64,000 nt of DNA. Source: Mobula hypostoma. Its lineage: Eukaryota. The notes beneath the pieces were generated by a model, which searched no databases, was not told the origin of the DNA, and saw only the letters and a list, made by a program, of their open reading frames with translations. The DNA is taken from positions 22,816,001 to 22,880,000 of the forward strand of contig NC_086106.1 of assembly GCF_963921235.1 (NCBI RefSeq). Reading direction: 5' to 3'. Below are positions 13,966 to 26,830 of this stretch, one piece after another (position 1 is the first letter of the stretch; the number at the start of each line of letters is the position of its first letter). Made by a program: the position numbers and the translations under genes.

Positions 13966-14879
13966 TATTTCATTGTTAGCTGCCGTAGGGGTAAAATACA
14001 TCGCGACACACGACGGTGATATTATACCTGATATTAATTCGAATTTTATTTTTTCTCTGAAACTTGTATAATATCTGAAAAAGTGATAAAATCTCAAATG
14101 TACTTCTCACAAATCATAACGGGGTATAAACAGATATATGATCACCAGAAGACGATAGGATATAGAAGAAGAATTAGTTTATTTGGCACATCCTGTCAAC
14201 TCTGACATTTAGTCATGTTGCTGCCCAATCTATTGAGAACTCCACGTATCCCTTCATGGAATGTTCTATCACGCATCTATCAAAACCCCTCACGAAGTCC
14301 GTTGCAAAAGCTCACAGTTGGAAGTGATAGGGCATAATAATTACAAATTTCCTTGCATTTTGATGTTGCATATGCACTTTGCGGCAAATGTTATGTGCGC
14401 TATTGATTTACCTGTTTAATTGCTTGCCCGATTTGTTTCGCATAATGAATATTTATTGATATTTCCCTGTGTTTCTTTTTTTTTTTCTTGACTATTGTGC
14501 TTCTATCATTTTTGTCCGCCTTCATGAAGATGAATCTGCAGATGGCATGTCGTTTACATACTAATAGTCGTTCACACTTTGAATATTTGAGGCATAGTTG
14601 TATTAATTTATCGAATGGGCAATTCAGTGTGCAGAAATTAAGTTGCTCGATGAACTGAACAGATGTGAATCTGTTAAAGCTGATTTAACAAGAGTAATAA
14701 ACATCTGTTATCCTGTCTTTGCTAAATAAATGGATTGAGATGTAATCTCCATTCATACGCTAGTAGAAGAGAATACAATCTCTTGCCAAAGTTAAAACTT
14801 CAATACAACGACTGTCAATATTTATGTTCTCCAATTGTAGCAGTCTGCCCGACGCAAATACAGTTCATGCATGTGCGTT

Positions 14880-14903
14880 TTTGCCTCCTGCCCGTCCACC
14901 CTC

Positions 14904-14940
<37 letters not shown>

Positions 14941-15110
14941 GTCTGTCTCTGTGTTAGTCACTCACTCCCTTTCGCTCACTCCTTCTCTCAATCTCTCCCT
15001 CACACGCTCACTCACACCTTTTCTCGCACTCATTGTCTCTCGCTATTTCTATGTATATGACTTCCTATCTCATCTTTCCCTCGCATTCTCGCTCTCTATG
15101 CCCTTTTAAC
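14880..15110 (+). repeat. CT/CA-rich microsatellite and low-complexity tract
   Basis: (CT)n runs. Paralogous tract at 53010-53175. Confidence 0.9.
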
Positions 15111-15848
15111 TGAGAGCCGTTGTTTCCATTTTCAATAGAGTTGTCACATTGGAACACCAACAAACCAATATACTAAAAACAGCATTCCATGCACTGCTGA
15201 GAAATTCAGACAGTATTTCTGAAAATAAGAGGAGCTACGATTGATGGTGAAGCAGGGTCCAGAATGAACTCAAATTCAGTTTTGATAGAAAGAAGAAAAC
15301 ACAATAAAACTCCAAATGCTAGATCACAAACACCAGTACTGAGGATGGAAGTCCCATGACTGAGCACTCAGTGCTCACCGTGAGGCCCCTGCCTACAGAT
15401 TTACAATAAAGTATGTGGCAGGCAAAAACTAGCTGTCTGCGACTTAAATGTACAACAGCTGCAAACCTTACTCCTGGGAAATAGATCGCCAGAACCTGGA
15501 TACATGCCGTTGCCCGCCGGGAAAATAGGGCATATGAAGCTATTTCTTTTGTCTCAATATCAGTTTACTGAGGTGTATCAGTGGGAGAACAGCTTGAATT
15601 TGGCAGTAGATTTTTGAACACATTACATTTCAGGTAGGATGGAACGTTATAAGTATTGTAGCTTCGTTAACTGTAAACTAAATTTTTAATTCGCTGCTCC
15701 TGTGCAGTGTGAAATATTTTCTTTTCGACCATTTAATTTCAACGCCTCAGGGCGCCCATTGGAGTCAACACACGTGATAATCTTTACGCTTGTTTGTTTG
15801 TTTGTTTGTTTGTTTTAGCAGAGTGTATATCTGTTATAAAACCATTTA

Positions 15849-15937
15849 GCGTCATGGCACAAAGGTACTTGGCAGAATCAGACAGGAGAGCCCCGGTGCT
15901 TGTAAAAGTAACATGCCGACAACTTTTGTCTAATAAA
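15849..15937 (-). pseudogene. 3' fragment of a TCR V exon (V2, copy A)
   Basis: LLDKSCRHVTFTSTGALLSDSAKYLCAMT, then a degenerate RSS (TAAATGG...). Matches 53831-53920. Confidence 0.88.
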
Positions 15938-16500
15938 GGGGGAGGATAAAATGGCCGCGCGACGCAGCACCCGCGGCCGCTCAGAATTGATATCGTATGT
16001 GTTACTATGGGCCGTGCACAATCCTGATGTGATGGAGACAGACGGGAAAAGCACGGAGGAACACCAGGTGCAAATTCTGAAATGCCTGCCTCGCTGCCGC
16101 TGCTGACCAAGAATCTCCGGAGGGGCTGGACCCAAATCCTCGGATTTTCCTATTGCCTGTTGCCGGGGCCGGGGTCGAAGCGCTCAGTGCTCGGTGTAGA
16201 AGGGCTTGTCGGAGGCTTGAAGTTTTCGGACGGACTCAAGAATCGGCTGTGGTCGGGTGCTTCAAGGCTGCTGCATCGGCAAGTTTGAGGTGCTGGAAGC
16301 TCGAGGCAGGAAGAGTTTTTATTTTCCCTTCTGCTAACGTCTGCGTGAGATGATGGGACTTTGGAGAGACATTGAGTTTTTAGTCGGTTTGTCTTGTGTT
16401 TCTATGATATCATTTCGGAGGAACATTATATCATTTCCTATTGCATGCATTACTAAATGACAATAAAAGAGGACTGCGTGTCCTCATAATCTAAATATAT
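15938..16500 (+). mobile_element. ~560-bp retroposon-like filler of unknown family
   Basis: GC-rich 5' part and an AATAAAAGAGG...ATAATCTAA 3' end. Not homologous to V sequence and absent from copy B. Confidence 0.55.
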
Positions 16501-16501
16501 A

Positions 16502-16715
16502 TCAGTACATATGGTAAGGGTGTCTGACCCTCCACGGAAGGAGCTGCAGATGGTTTCTGGGATACTGGTTCTTCGCCACAACCTCCTCCAAGAAAATACA
16601 ACACAGTTAGTACTGTGAGGCTAAATCAAAGCCACATGGCGAACAGTGGATTCTTAATATTGCACCCACTTGGAAGCACGATAATAACTCTCGTGACCAG
16701 ATGTGCGAAGCACAT
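16502..16715 (-). pseudogene. Leader and 5' fragment of a TCR V (V6 orthologue, copy A)
   Basis: Leader MCFAHLVTRVIIVLP at 16670-16715, GT donor, intron, AG acceptor, then (G)GCGEEPVSQKPS...EGQT. Truncated at the filler element. Confidence 0.85.
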
Positions 16716-16871
16716 CCTGTTGTCTTGAAGGCAGATAACGTAAAGTGTTCAAGTTTATACATAGGAACAGAGGTAAAAAGGGGTGATTTTATCTTGCCGA
16801 GAAATGGCGTTCTCCTAGTTCAGGATTAGCGTTTCACAAAGATATGACAGGTTTGGCACAAATCATTGCCA

Positions 16872-16879
16872 TTACGTCA
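16872..16879 (-). promoter_or_regulatory. CRE/ATF-like motif TGACGTAA upstream of a V leader
   Basis: 157 bp upstream of the ATG. Positionally equivalent motifs at 19217 and 61180. Confidence 0.45.
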
Positions 16880-17021
16880 TTTGATGCCTGTAAATAGGAG
16901 GTGAATTTATATTTTTAACGTACCACAAAATATCGGATGAAATCACAAGTAGCTGGAGTGTAAGTATAGCTATTTACATGTTGCACTTTTACTGACATTA
17001 TTAAAATGGGGAGATGCCGCA

Positions 17022-17152
17022 NNNNNNNNNNNNNNNNNNNNNNNNNNNNNNNNNNNNNNNNNNNNNNNNNNNNNNNNNNNNNNNNNNNNNNNNNNNNNNN
17101 NNNNNNNNNNNNNNNNNNNNNNNNNNNNNNNNNNNNNNNNNNNNNNNNNNNN
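17022..17152. other. Assembly gap (N run)
   Basis: 131 N. The paralogous site at 59140-59170 is a CT/CG microsatellite. Confidence 0.99.
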
Positions 17153-18560
17153 ACAGATATCATGAGAATAAAACGCAATTCTTGGGACCTTGTCATGTTG
17201 AGTTAGCGTACTTGTCCTTCGATAGCTTCCTGTACTACTGCCTGTACTGTGTCGGTCATGATTGACTCGTTTGAAATATGCAGATTCTCTGTCCTATTGG
17301 TCGCTTTTCATTTGTCTGCAAGATTTTCGTTTTCACAGTGAGGTCGCGAGCAGTGCTGAATAACAATTCCAAAAATAATCTTTAGAGATAGGGGAGCAAA
17401 CGAGCACTCTCAGCAATGCATCGAGCTTGCTAAAGAGTTAGTTTTGTCGTTCCTGTAGCGTGGGGGACTTCGACGTTTGTTCTAATCCTTCAGTGCTTAT
17501 AAATGAATGATTGAAGTGCTTATTCACAGTCAATGTCTTCTGTCTCACTCATTCCACCTGTGTTCGGTTTTCACCGTACAGTGTAATTACATGCAATGAT
17601 CAATGAAACCTGCAACAACTGCGTGCTAAATATGTTCTATATTGAAAAATGCAGAAATATTCAGCAAATCGGCATGTAATGCCTAATACAAGAGTATAAA
17701 TTTAAGATGTTAATATACTTTAACATATGAGAACTCTGGTGTAATGACATTTTGTTTTTATTTCCCTCCTTCTCTCTCTTGCTCTCTATTTCTATCTATC
17801 TATCTATTTATTTCTCTCACTCTCTCATTCTTTCTCACTATGCATTTCCGATTGAGTACCATTATTTCCATTTTCAGTAGAGTGGTCCCATCGCAACAGC
17901 AAAGCTGGATACCAACAACAGAATTCCATGGACTGCAGTGGAATCAAAACAAACACCGGGTCATATTACAGGAAATATGCGACTATCCATTGTAACGAGA
18001 GAACTATGATTGGTGGTGAAGGAAAGTGCAGAGCAAGGTGTAGTAATAACTCAGACTCAGACATCATATAAACATGAAATCATAACTGAATTGTTAGATC
18101 ACAGCCATTAGCACTATGAATGGACGTGCCATATTTGAGCACACAGAGCTCATGGTGAGCCACTTAACTGCAGATTTTCCACGAAATAATGTAGCAGACA
18201 ATAACTGGCTGTCTGGGTCTTAAATATACAGCAGCAGCAGGTAACAGTACAGCAGGGAATAGGAGCGCCAAGAGTAGGACCCATGGCGTTGTTCAGTAAG
18301 GACCATGGCTTATATAAAGAAATTTATTTTGGCTTAATTTTGGATTATCGAGGTTGAACAGGTTGAATTGAGCAGCGAATGTTCGTCTCCAATGACATTT
18401 TAGATCATAGGGAACTTTGTTATTATTATAGCTTTTCTGATTGTAAACAACAGTTATAATTCGCTGCTCCTATGCACGCTTAACTATTTCTTCTTTTCTA
18501 TCGATCAGCCTAGTTGAAAGCGATTGTGCGCCCATTGGAGACAACACGCTGGAGCTTCTG

Positions 18561-18599
18561 TATTTTTGTCTGGATCTATCGTTTTTATAAACCAATGTG
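18561..18599 (-). promoter_or_regulatory. 23-RSS of V3
   Basis: CACATTG, 23-nt spacer, ACAAAAATA. Confidence 0.92.
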
Positions 18600-19043
18600 G
18601 GCATCATAGCACAAAGATACATGGCAGAATCGAAGACGAGAGCTCCGGCGATTGTTAAAGTCACATGCCGGCTAAATGTATCTAACAGAACGGAAAATCT
18701 GTCTGCGGAATCGGGAGATCCTTCCTCGAAACCACTGCTGTTTTTTTTTTTAATTAGAAAATTCGACCATGTTCCGGGAAACTGAGTGCACCGTAAAGCA
18801 GTTGTGCTGCGGTAAGCTGCGGAGTAGTTGCAGTTGAGGGTTACCATTTCCCCTTCCTCAGCCGTTAATACAACCGGTTTCTGGGATAGTGGCTCCTCCT
18901 CGCCGCAAGCTCCTGGAAGAAAAATGTAGTGTAATTAGCAGTCTGCGTGTAAAACACATCCGAGGAGCGCACAATGGATTCGTAATTATAGACCCACCTG
19001 GACTTACGAGAATTACTATCACGACAAGATGTGCCAAGTCCAT
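18600..19043 (-). CDS. TCR alpha/delta-type V segment V3: open frame but Trp41 replaced by Arg
   Basis: Leader MDLAHLVVIVILVSP(G) at 18998-19043, 85-nt GT-AG intron, V exon 18600-18912: GACGEEEPLSQKP...VTLNCNYS...TALRCTQFPG...DSAMYLCAMM. Conserved TGG reads CGG. Confidence 0.9.
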
Positions 19044-19216
19044 GGTGTTGTCCTGAAGGCAGATGATTTAACGCGTACGCGTCTGTGTATGAGAACACAC
19101 AGCGCAAATCTGATTGTTTTATTTTGCAGATAGTTGTCCTCCTGCTACTTCTCGATTGGCCTGTCACTCAGATAAGACAGATTTAGCACAAATCACCTTC
19201 GTCTATATCATGTGAT

Positions 19217-19224
19217 TCACGTCA
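19217..19224 (-). promoter_or_regulatory. CRE-like motif TGACGTGA upstream of V3
   Basis: 174 bp upstream of the ATG. The same position is retained in the paralogue (61180-61187). Confidence 0.5.
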
Positions 19225-20292
19225 TTCCGAGGTGATTTTCGATTCCCAATATACAAAATATCAGAACAAGTCAGCAAATAGCTGGAGAGTAAGTTTTGCT
19301 CATTAACATAACCGCTTTTACTTTGGTGATTGAAGTCTGCAAATACTGCATGAAGGATTCTCTCGCTGACTCGTTTGCGTCAGAGAAGAGACGATATTCT
19401 TGAGACTTTGCAATGTGGGGTTAGTTAAAATGTCTGCAGCAAGCAGCTTCTAATCGGTCGTACATCCACGGACCCTGTTGAAGTATACTGTATCTCTTTG
19501 AGATCGGCTGTCTTGTGAGCCACGGTTTGGGAGATCGCTTTCAGTCGGGTTTGCATGGACTTCCAGTCACTCAATTTGACACTGATGTCGTGACCAGTGC
19601 CAAAGAACAATTGGTAACTTTTTCTTCGGCGTTATGCGAGACCACGAGCAGTCTTTGCCATGCAGCTGCTTGCTGAAGATTTTATGTCGTAGTTTGTGTA
19701 ACGTGGTGGATTTCGATCTGTGTTCCAGTATTTAACTGCTTCTAAGAAATGATCGACATGCTTATTCGTAATCAGTGTCTTCTCCCCGCCCATCAAACCC
19801 GTGCCCCTGTTTACATATTAGAGATCTGAAATAAATATTGGAACAAGCACCGACATTTGGTTATGCACAGTATATTTAACAAAACTCAGAAAATATTTAG
19901 CAAGTCGGCAGGATATGTCTGATGTAAATTTATGATGTGAATATTATTTAACGTTTGAAATAACGGTTGTAGGGATGTTTATTCTCAACTCCCCGCCGCA
20001 ACCCCCCGCCCCCCCCCACCCCGACTCTCTCTCTGGTTTTCTATTTCGAAGATATTGTAAGATCCACTATGTCTAACAGGTTTGTCATAGACGCAGTCTG
20101 CCCCACTACAGCTCTGTCTCTATCTCTCGCATTAAAGTGCAGGAGATATTAAATGACATTATACGAGAGCACTGCCACATCATTTTCTTTGCGTGAATGC
20201 ATAGGTTATACCATGCATTGCCAGACATTCAAGAAAGTAGCTTCGGGATACATAGTCTAAAATCCTCTCAGATGGAACAACTTACTATATTG

Positions 20293-21308
20293 TGTGCCAC
20301 AGGGAACAGTGCTAGGTCCATTGTTATTTGTCATCTATATCAATGATCTGGATGATAATGTGGTAAATTGGATTAGCACATTTGCTGATGATACAAAGAT
20401 TGGAGGTATCGTGGACAGTGAGGAAAGTTTTCAAAGCTTGCAGAGGGATTTCGACCAGCAGGAAAAAATGTGCTGGAAAATGGCAGATGTAGTTTAATAT
20501 AGACAAGTGTGAGTTTTTCCACTTTGGAAGGACAAACCAAGGTAGGACATACAGGGTAAATGGTAAGACACTGAGGAGTGCAGTATGACAGAGGGATATG
20601 GGAATAGAGGTACACAATTCCCTAAAAGTGGCGTCACCGGTAGATAGGGTCGTAAAGAGAGTTTTCGGTACATTAGCCTTTATTAATCAAAGTATTGAGT
20701 ATAAGAGCTGAAATATTATGATGAGGTTGTAAGAAGCATTGGTGAGGAAGAATTTGGAGTATTGTGTTCAGTTTTGGTCACCCAATTACAGGAAGAACAT
20801 TAATAAGGTTGAGAGAGTGCAGAGGAGGTTTACAAGGATGTTGCCAGGAATTGAAAAACACAGTTACAGAGCAAGGTTGAATAGGTTAGAACTTTATTCC
20901 CTGGAGCGTAGCAGAATGAGGGGAGATTTGATAGCGGCATATAAAATTATGATGGGTATTGACAGAATGAATACAAGCAGGTTTTGTTTTCCACTGAGGC
21001 AAGGGAAGAAAAGACGGAGGAGAAAGGTTACGGGTGAAGGGGGAAAAGTATAAAGGGAGCATTAAGGGGGGCTTCTTCACCCAGAGAGTGGCGGGACTGT
21101 GGAATGAGCTGCCATACGACGTGGTAAATGCGGGTTCTTTTTTTTTTCATTTCAGAATAAATTGGACAGATACATGGATGGGAGGTGTATGGAGGGATAT
21201 GGTCCGTGTACAGGTCAGTGGGACTAGGCAGAAAAATTTTCGGCAGAGCCAAGAAATTCCAAAAGGCCTGTTTCTGTGCTGTAGTTTTTCTATGGTTTCT
21301 ATGGTTTT
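20293..21308 (+). mobile_element. 5'-truncated CR1 LINE, specific to copy A
   Basis: PQGTVLGPLLFVIYINDLD...STFADDTK RT motif through to a (TTCTATGG)n tail. Empty site in copy B at ~62160. Confidence 0.92.
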
Positions 21309-22689
21309 CTCTGATAAGCCGGAAGAACAAAATGGAGATGTAAATTGTTATCCGTTTTACAGTGATAAAGTGAATTCGAAGACGTTATGTTGAAACGATT
21401 GCATTTGAACTATTAAGTTTTTGAGAAGGAAGTACGTCAAGTTCATTTATAATAAATAATTAATAGTAATATTTGTTCTCGAATTTGTCTGCGGAATAGT
21501 GGTGAGATCTCTTCCAGATGATAATCTACAGTTGTGGAACAGATATTCGTATAACAGCGGCAACAATGATACAAAGATCGAATTTAGAGAACACCTTTCC
21601 CAGAAAACATGCAGGAAAGCAGCATCGAACCGAGACTCAATTAATCAACAACTGCATCACCGATGCTTCAATTTGCAGAATTTGTGTGGGCAATTCCTGC
21701 TCCAATTTCTTCGTTTTATTTTTAAATGCAGGACGCTGCCGTCATCTGCATTAATGGCAAATATCGGAATGGACGGAAGATGACTACAATGTCAGTAAGA
21801 ATTGGAATGCATATAATGGTACACTGCTGTTCTCTGTTCAAAGAAAAAAAAAACATTAACCAAATTCAAAGAGAGTCGCGGGAGTCGGTAAGTGTCTCCC
21901 GTTTCGCGTTTCCTTACCATGAGGCACACACATATCACGTGTTTGCGCAATGAGGTGTGACGTTCATGTATATGCATATAACTGTTAATACATTATTTCC
22001 TGGAAGCAGAATGGTTAAGCAAACTGTGTGCATACACATTATTACTGAAATATTATTGAAATATTTTATGCACAGCACCAGCATTTTGAAAATTTGAGGG
22101 CAGAATTTACTGCACCCTGCCACGGCCTTCGGCTACACGACTGCAGCCACCAACAGATATCTCGTCGGGAAGATCAATGTTGATAAGGATGGTTGGCAAA
22201 GTCATTTTAAACTGACCAAAGATAAATTCGGTTGTGGGACAGAGGGAACTCAGCCACCGGAAGCCATGAATGATCCTTAGGGAAAGACATCCTCTTGTAG
22301 ACTGGGTCCGAAAAGGAGTTAAATCTATAGGACCAAAGAATGGGATAGTGAGGTCTCAAAGACTCCAGAGGCCCCGGATAGTGTGGCGTATGATGCAACG
22401 AGAGGACGGAGTGTTGCATCTATCCTTGCGAGGTATGTCACTACTATTCACAAATTCGTTGGAAAGCTGTGTTATGAAACAGTTTAATATGTTTCAAGGT
22501 CATGTGGATATGACTATTTTTTGGGGGAAGAGTGTAGCACCCTGGTTAAGGTTTTTACTTCTGTATCGTAGGGATTTGATTGTATTAGTTCTGTAAAAAG
22601 CAGTCTGTTCTATAATCAGCCTATTTTGGATCTGAACTAAAGATTAGCGGCTTTGTTGTTCAACCTAGGGGCGTGGTGTCAGCCAACTA

Positions 22690-24000
22690 CGATGGTGTAA
22701 TTGGAAGAAGATTCTACAGAACACGAGGAGGAGATGTTTTGTGTGGGACAAAGGAGAGGAGGGGTGGAATTACTGGTCAGGGATACTATTACAGCTACAG
22801 AAGGGGTGGACAATGAAGCAGTATCCACTTTTCAGTCAATATGGGTGGAAGTCCGGAACAGGAAGGGAGCAGTTACTCTACTGGGGGTATTCTATAGACC
22901 CCCTGGCAGCAGCAGAAATAAATGATATTAAGTCATTTGAAAGTGGTGACATAGGATCGGGGTTGCAGAAACTTGATGGGTTGATGTAAGAAATTGCAGG
23001 GGCAAATTGGCGCTGATGGCAGTTATATACAGTCCTCCTAACAACTTGCAGGACCTGGACTACAAATTACAACAAGAAGTTGAAAAGGGCTTGTCAGAAG
23101 GGCAGTGTTTTGATAATTGTGGGGATTGTAACATGCGAGCAGATTGGAAATATCAGGTCGGCACTGGAGCTCAAGAGAGATAATCTGGAGAATGTCTACG
23201 AAATTGCTTTTTTACAACAGCTTGTTGTTGAGCCCACTGGGGATCGGCTCTCCTATATTGGGAATTGTAGAATGAGCCAGAGCTGAACAGAGAGATTGAC
23301 GTGAAGGAACCCTTCGGAGGCAGTAATCATAACCTGATTGAGTTCACTGCGAAATTTGAGAAAGAGAAGCCGAAATCCGGTGAGTCGGTATTTCCGTGGA
23401 GTAAAGGACATTACAGTGGCATGAGAGATGAACTAACCAAAGCGACTGGAAAGGGACACTAGCGGGAAGGACGGCAGAGCAGCAGGTGCTGGAGTTTATC
23501 CGAGAAGTGAGGAAGGCGCAAGACAGATATATATATATATATAAAAGTTTTTTTCGAATGAAAAAAAAAGGTGCAAACATAGCTGACAAGAGAAGTCAAA
23601 GCACAAGTTAAAGCAAAGGAGAGGGCATACAAGGAAGCAAAACAAGAATGGGAAGACAGAGAATTGGGAAGTTCTTAAAAGCATGCAAAAGTAAACTAAG
23701 AAGGTCATTAAGAGGGAAGAGGTTAACTATGAAAGGAAGCTAGCAAATAATATTAAAGAGGATACTAAAAGCATTTTCAAGTATATAAAGAGTAAAGGAC
23801 ACGTGAGAGTAGTTATAGGACCGATAGAATATGATGCTGGAGAAATGTTAATGGGAGATACGGAGATGATGGAGGAACTGAACGAGTATTTTGCATCAGT
23901 CTTAACTGAAGAAAACATCAGCAGTATACTGGACACTCAAGGGTGTCAGGGAAAAGAAGTGTGCGCAGTCACAAATGAGAGAGAGAGATCAACTGAGCTA
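22690..24000 (+). mobile_element. CR1 ORF2 fragments (APE endonuclease and linker), probably two pieces
   Basis: IWVEVRNRKGAVTLLGVFYRPP, and EMMEELNEYFASV.TEE. Confidence 0.8.
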
Positions 24001-24090
24001 ACAAGGGAAACATCGATCAGATTTGTCTGTGTGTCCATAAGATCCCAAACAAATATGTGCATATGCACAGTCTCCCTATCTATCTCTTAC

Positions 24091-24232
24091 NNNNNNNNNN
24101 NNNNNNNNNNNNNNNNNNNNNNNNNNNNNNNNNNNNNNNNNNNNNNNNNNNNNNNNNNNNNNNNNNNNNNNNNNNNNNNNNNNNNNNNNNNNNNNNNNNN
24201 NNNNNNNNNNNNNNNNNNNNNNNNNNNNNNNN
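24091..24232. other. Assembly gap (N run)
   Basis: 142 N. Confidence 0.99.
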
Positions 24233-24487
24233 AAATATTAGCTCTCATCTCTATCTCTTTCTCTTGCCGTGCTCACGTATATTTCACAAGTTCAATGAGA
24301 TAGCAGAGGCTGTAGATCTCACTGCAACATTGGAACGAGCGGTGCGGTTACACTATTACATAGTCTTCGCAGACAAAGGCGAGGGAAACATCAACACTTG
24401 CTCTTAGTGGCGGGAAACCACAATCTGAAAAGGAGTGTACAAATATATCTAGCTGCTGCGATCAAAGCTTGGAATCTACAGTAAGTG

Positions 24488-24526
24488 AAATTGTGTATGA
24501 GCATTTAACTAGTATACATCGCTGTG
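24488..24526 (-). promoter_or_regulatory. 23-RSS of V4
   Basis: CACAGCG, 23-nt spacer, ACACAATTT. Confidence 0.85.
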
Positions 24527-24981
24527 TGCTGCTTAGGACACAGTAATAAACTGCAGAGTCGCTCATTTGCAGCTTTGAGATGGTGACACTAAATGATTTT
24601 CTTCCCACTTCCAGAGAGATTCTGAAGCGACTTTTTGCAAATTCGGCAATATCTTCATATCCTCCAGAACCTTTGCACAGTATATACTCGAAACTTTGTT
24701 CTGGCTTTTGTCGGAACAAATATAAATAACAACTGCCCCATTTAGTATCATAGGTGCAACCGAAAGTCATGGTTTCTTCTTCTGTTTTCACTTCTAGTGG
24801 CATTGTATGAATGACAGAGTTTCCATGACTCGTATCTAAAAAGTAATGCCAAAACATGAAATGTTATATTGATGGAGTATTTTTTTTTTAGGATCAGTTT
24901 CGAGAAGACATTTGAAATGTCTGTTGCGCACAAACCAGTTAACGAGGCTCCGCACACAATGCAGATCACGAATATCCACAT
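24527..24981 (-). CDS. TCR delta-like V segment V4: open frame but Trp41 replaced by Leu
   Basis: Leader MWIFVICIVCGASLT(G) at 24936-24981, 100-nt GT-AG intron, V exon 24527-24835: DTSHGNSV...TFGCTYDTKWGSCYLYLFRQKPEQSFEYILCKG...SRFRISL...KSFSVTISKLQMSDSAVYYCVLSS. Confidence 0.92.
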
Positions 24982-25599
24982 TATTTTTATGAAGAATGGG
25001 TTGAGTGATTTTCTCCTCAACAAATTGTCGGCAGGATTCAGGACTTTCCGATTCTACTGTTTAAGTGCTATAATGGATGGGAAACGAAAAGCGTCAAATG
25101 GGAACGCAGCCTCTTGATACATGCTCCACCTATTGCCCAAGATGCGACAGTCCATGTACCTTAAGGAAAGAGCGTCACACCCCGTTCCCTGACCGAGATA
25201 GCCCTCTGACGACATAAGTCTGCAGCTCTCGATTTTTTTTTCGTGGTACAGTCGATCGAAATGTCAACGAGAAAGACGATGGAAGTTCTAAAAGAGAGCT
25301 TCTTGCCGTCTTTCAGCAAAGCACCGATAACTACAAGTGAAAATCTCAGATGGACCTCAGTTCCTGAGACCTATATTATATAGCACTTATCTCAGGATTT
25401 TCCATAGAGACAAACAATGGTAAAAGAAATTGACCACGTCACTGAGGAACTGCAGTTCTGTATGATGGAGCTATTGTCCGTATAATAGCTTATAATTATA
25501 TCAGCTTCTCGGTTTCTATCCTTTCGCACCTGCCATTGCTGCTTTATTCTCTGCGCATCGGTGTCTGTATCTGTCCGTCTGTGTCTATCAGAGCTCGCG

Positions 25600-25827
25600 N
25601 NNNNNNNNNNNNNNNNNNNNNNNNNNNNNNNNNNNNNNNNNNNNNNNNNNNNNNNNNNNNNNNNNNNNNNNNNNNNNNNNNNNNNNNNNNNNNNNNNNNN
25701 NNNNNNNNNNNNNNNNNNNNNNNNNNNNNNNNNNNNNNNNNNNNNNNNNNNNNNNNNNNNNNNNNNNNNNNNNNNNNNNNNNNNNNNNNNNNNNNNNNNN
25801 NNNNNNNNNNNNNNNNNNNNNNNNNNN
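25600..25827. other. Assembly gap (N run)
   Basis: 228 N. Confidence 0.99.
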
Positions 25828-26339
25828 TTCATTCGCTATCTGTTGATGTTTTAGTGCTGACTGAGCTTAGCAACAACAAGGGTAGCGTTTTCAGTGCCCC
25901 CGCCATGATAGGTTGAGTTCGACGGCGCGGAGATATACGGCACAATACGACATAGGGTCCCCGAAAATATTTACATGTAATTATTCAATCGGTCTACAGC
26001 TCAGCATAAAACCTGCCCAGACATTCTGCAGAACGTTGGACATATTGCAACCAATATGTCGGACATATCTGAGGGTGCTGAAGAAATGTAGCATGACTTT
26101 TCAAGTATGTATATTTCAATGTTTTGTATGCCCATTCTCAGCTATTAATTTTACCAAAACTTGACTGACCCAAAGTATTGCTGCGACACCAGACACCAGA
26201 CACCAGGATCTTCGAAAACTCAGGAGTGCATGAGCTCCACGGTACAAAGATTGCCCATTTTTATAGAGTCTCATTGGGTACACAAGCAAGTTAATCTGTA
26301 AGGAGCACAAAGAATGAGTGCCGTGTAAGGAATAGGTCT

Positions 26340-26830
26340 TACTCCTTCACTTTCTCTATCTACCTCAAACTCTCCCCACCCCCCTCAATTTCTACCTGCG
26401 TCGATATTCCTGTATATCTCACTGTTTATTTCCACTCCGTTTCTCTCTCTATCACTTTCATTATCTTCCTACCTGCAGGTCTCTGGTTTCCTCTAGCAAT
26501 CAGCATCTCTCCATTGTCTACTATCTCTTTCCGGTTCCTTGATATATGTGTCGTTTTGTTAATTGTCTCTTTTTTTTTAAATACAGATAATCTCTTTCTC
26601 CAACGCCTTCTCTCCCCCACTCTGCGTTGTTCTCTCAGCGCCTTTCATTCCAGTCACTCTATCACCCTGCCGTTTTCTTCGTTTGTCTTGCTGTTTATCT
26701 GCTACGTACCTGACTGTAATTTCTTCGTTTCCATTATTGATCCTGTCTTCCTCTCTTGCCTTCTGTACTCTTTGTGTTTGTGCGAGTGCTCATTGTGTTA
26801 TCACCTCTCATTTCTGTTTCTTTCCCTTTG
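26340..26830 (+). repeat. Pyrimidine-rich low-complexity tract
   Basis: Strong C/T bias with no coding signature. Confidence 0.8.

Larger units (their letters stand above)
1..22150 (+). repeat. Segmental duplication copy A (extends beyond the window start)
   Basis: Collinear homology with 35545-63010 across V1, Gypsy, Tc1, CR1, the minus-strand V cluster and intergenic DNA. Confidence 0.92.

Noticed and set aside
16915-25916. ORFs containing X runs
   Set aside because: Artefacts of the three N gaps.
26184-26206. GACACCA x3 and other short tandem repeats (TTTG at 15790, GTT at 27468, a 12-bp duplication near 48975)
   Set aside because: Ordinary slippage repeats with no spacer structure, so not CRISPR-like.
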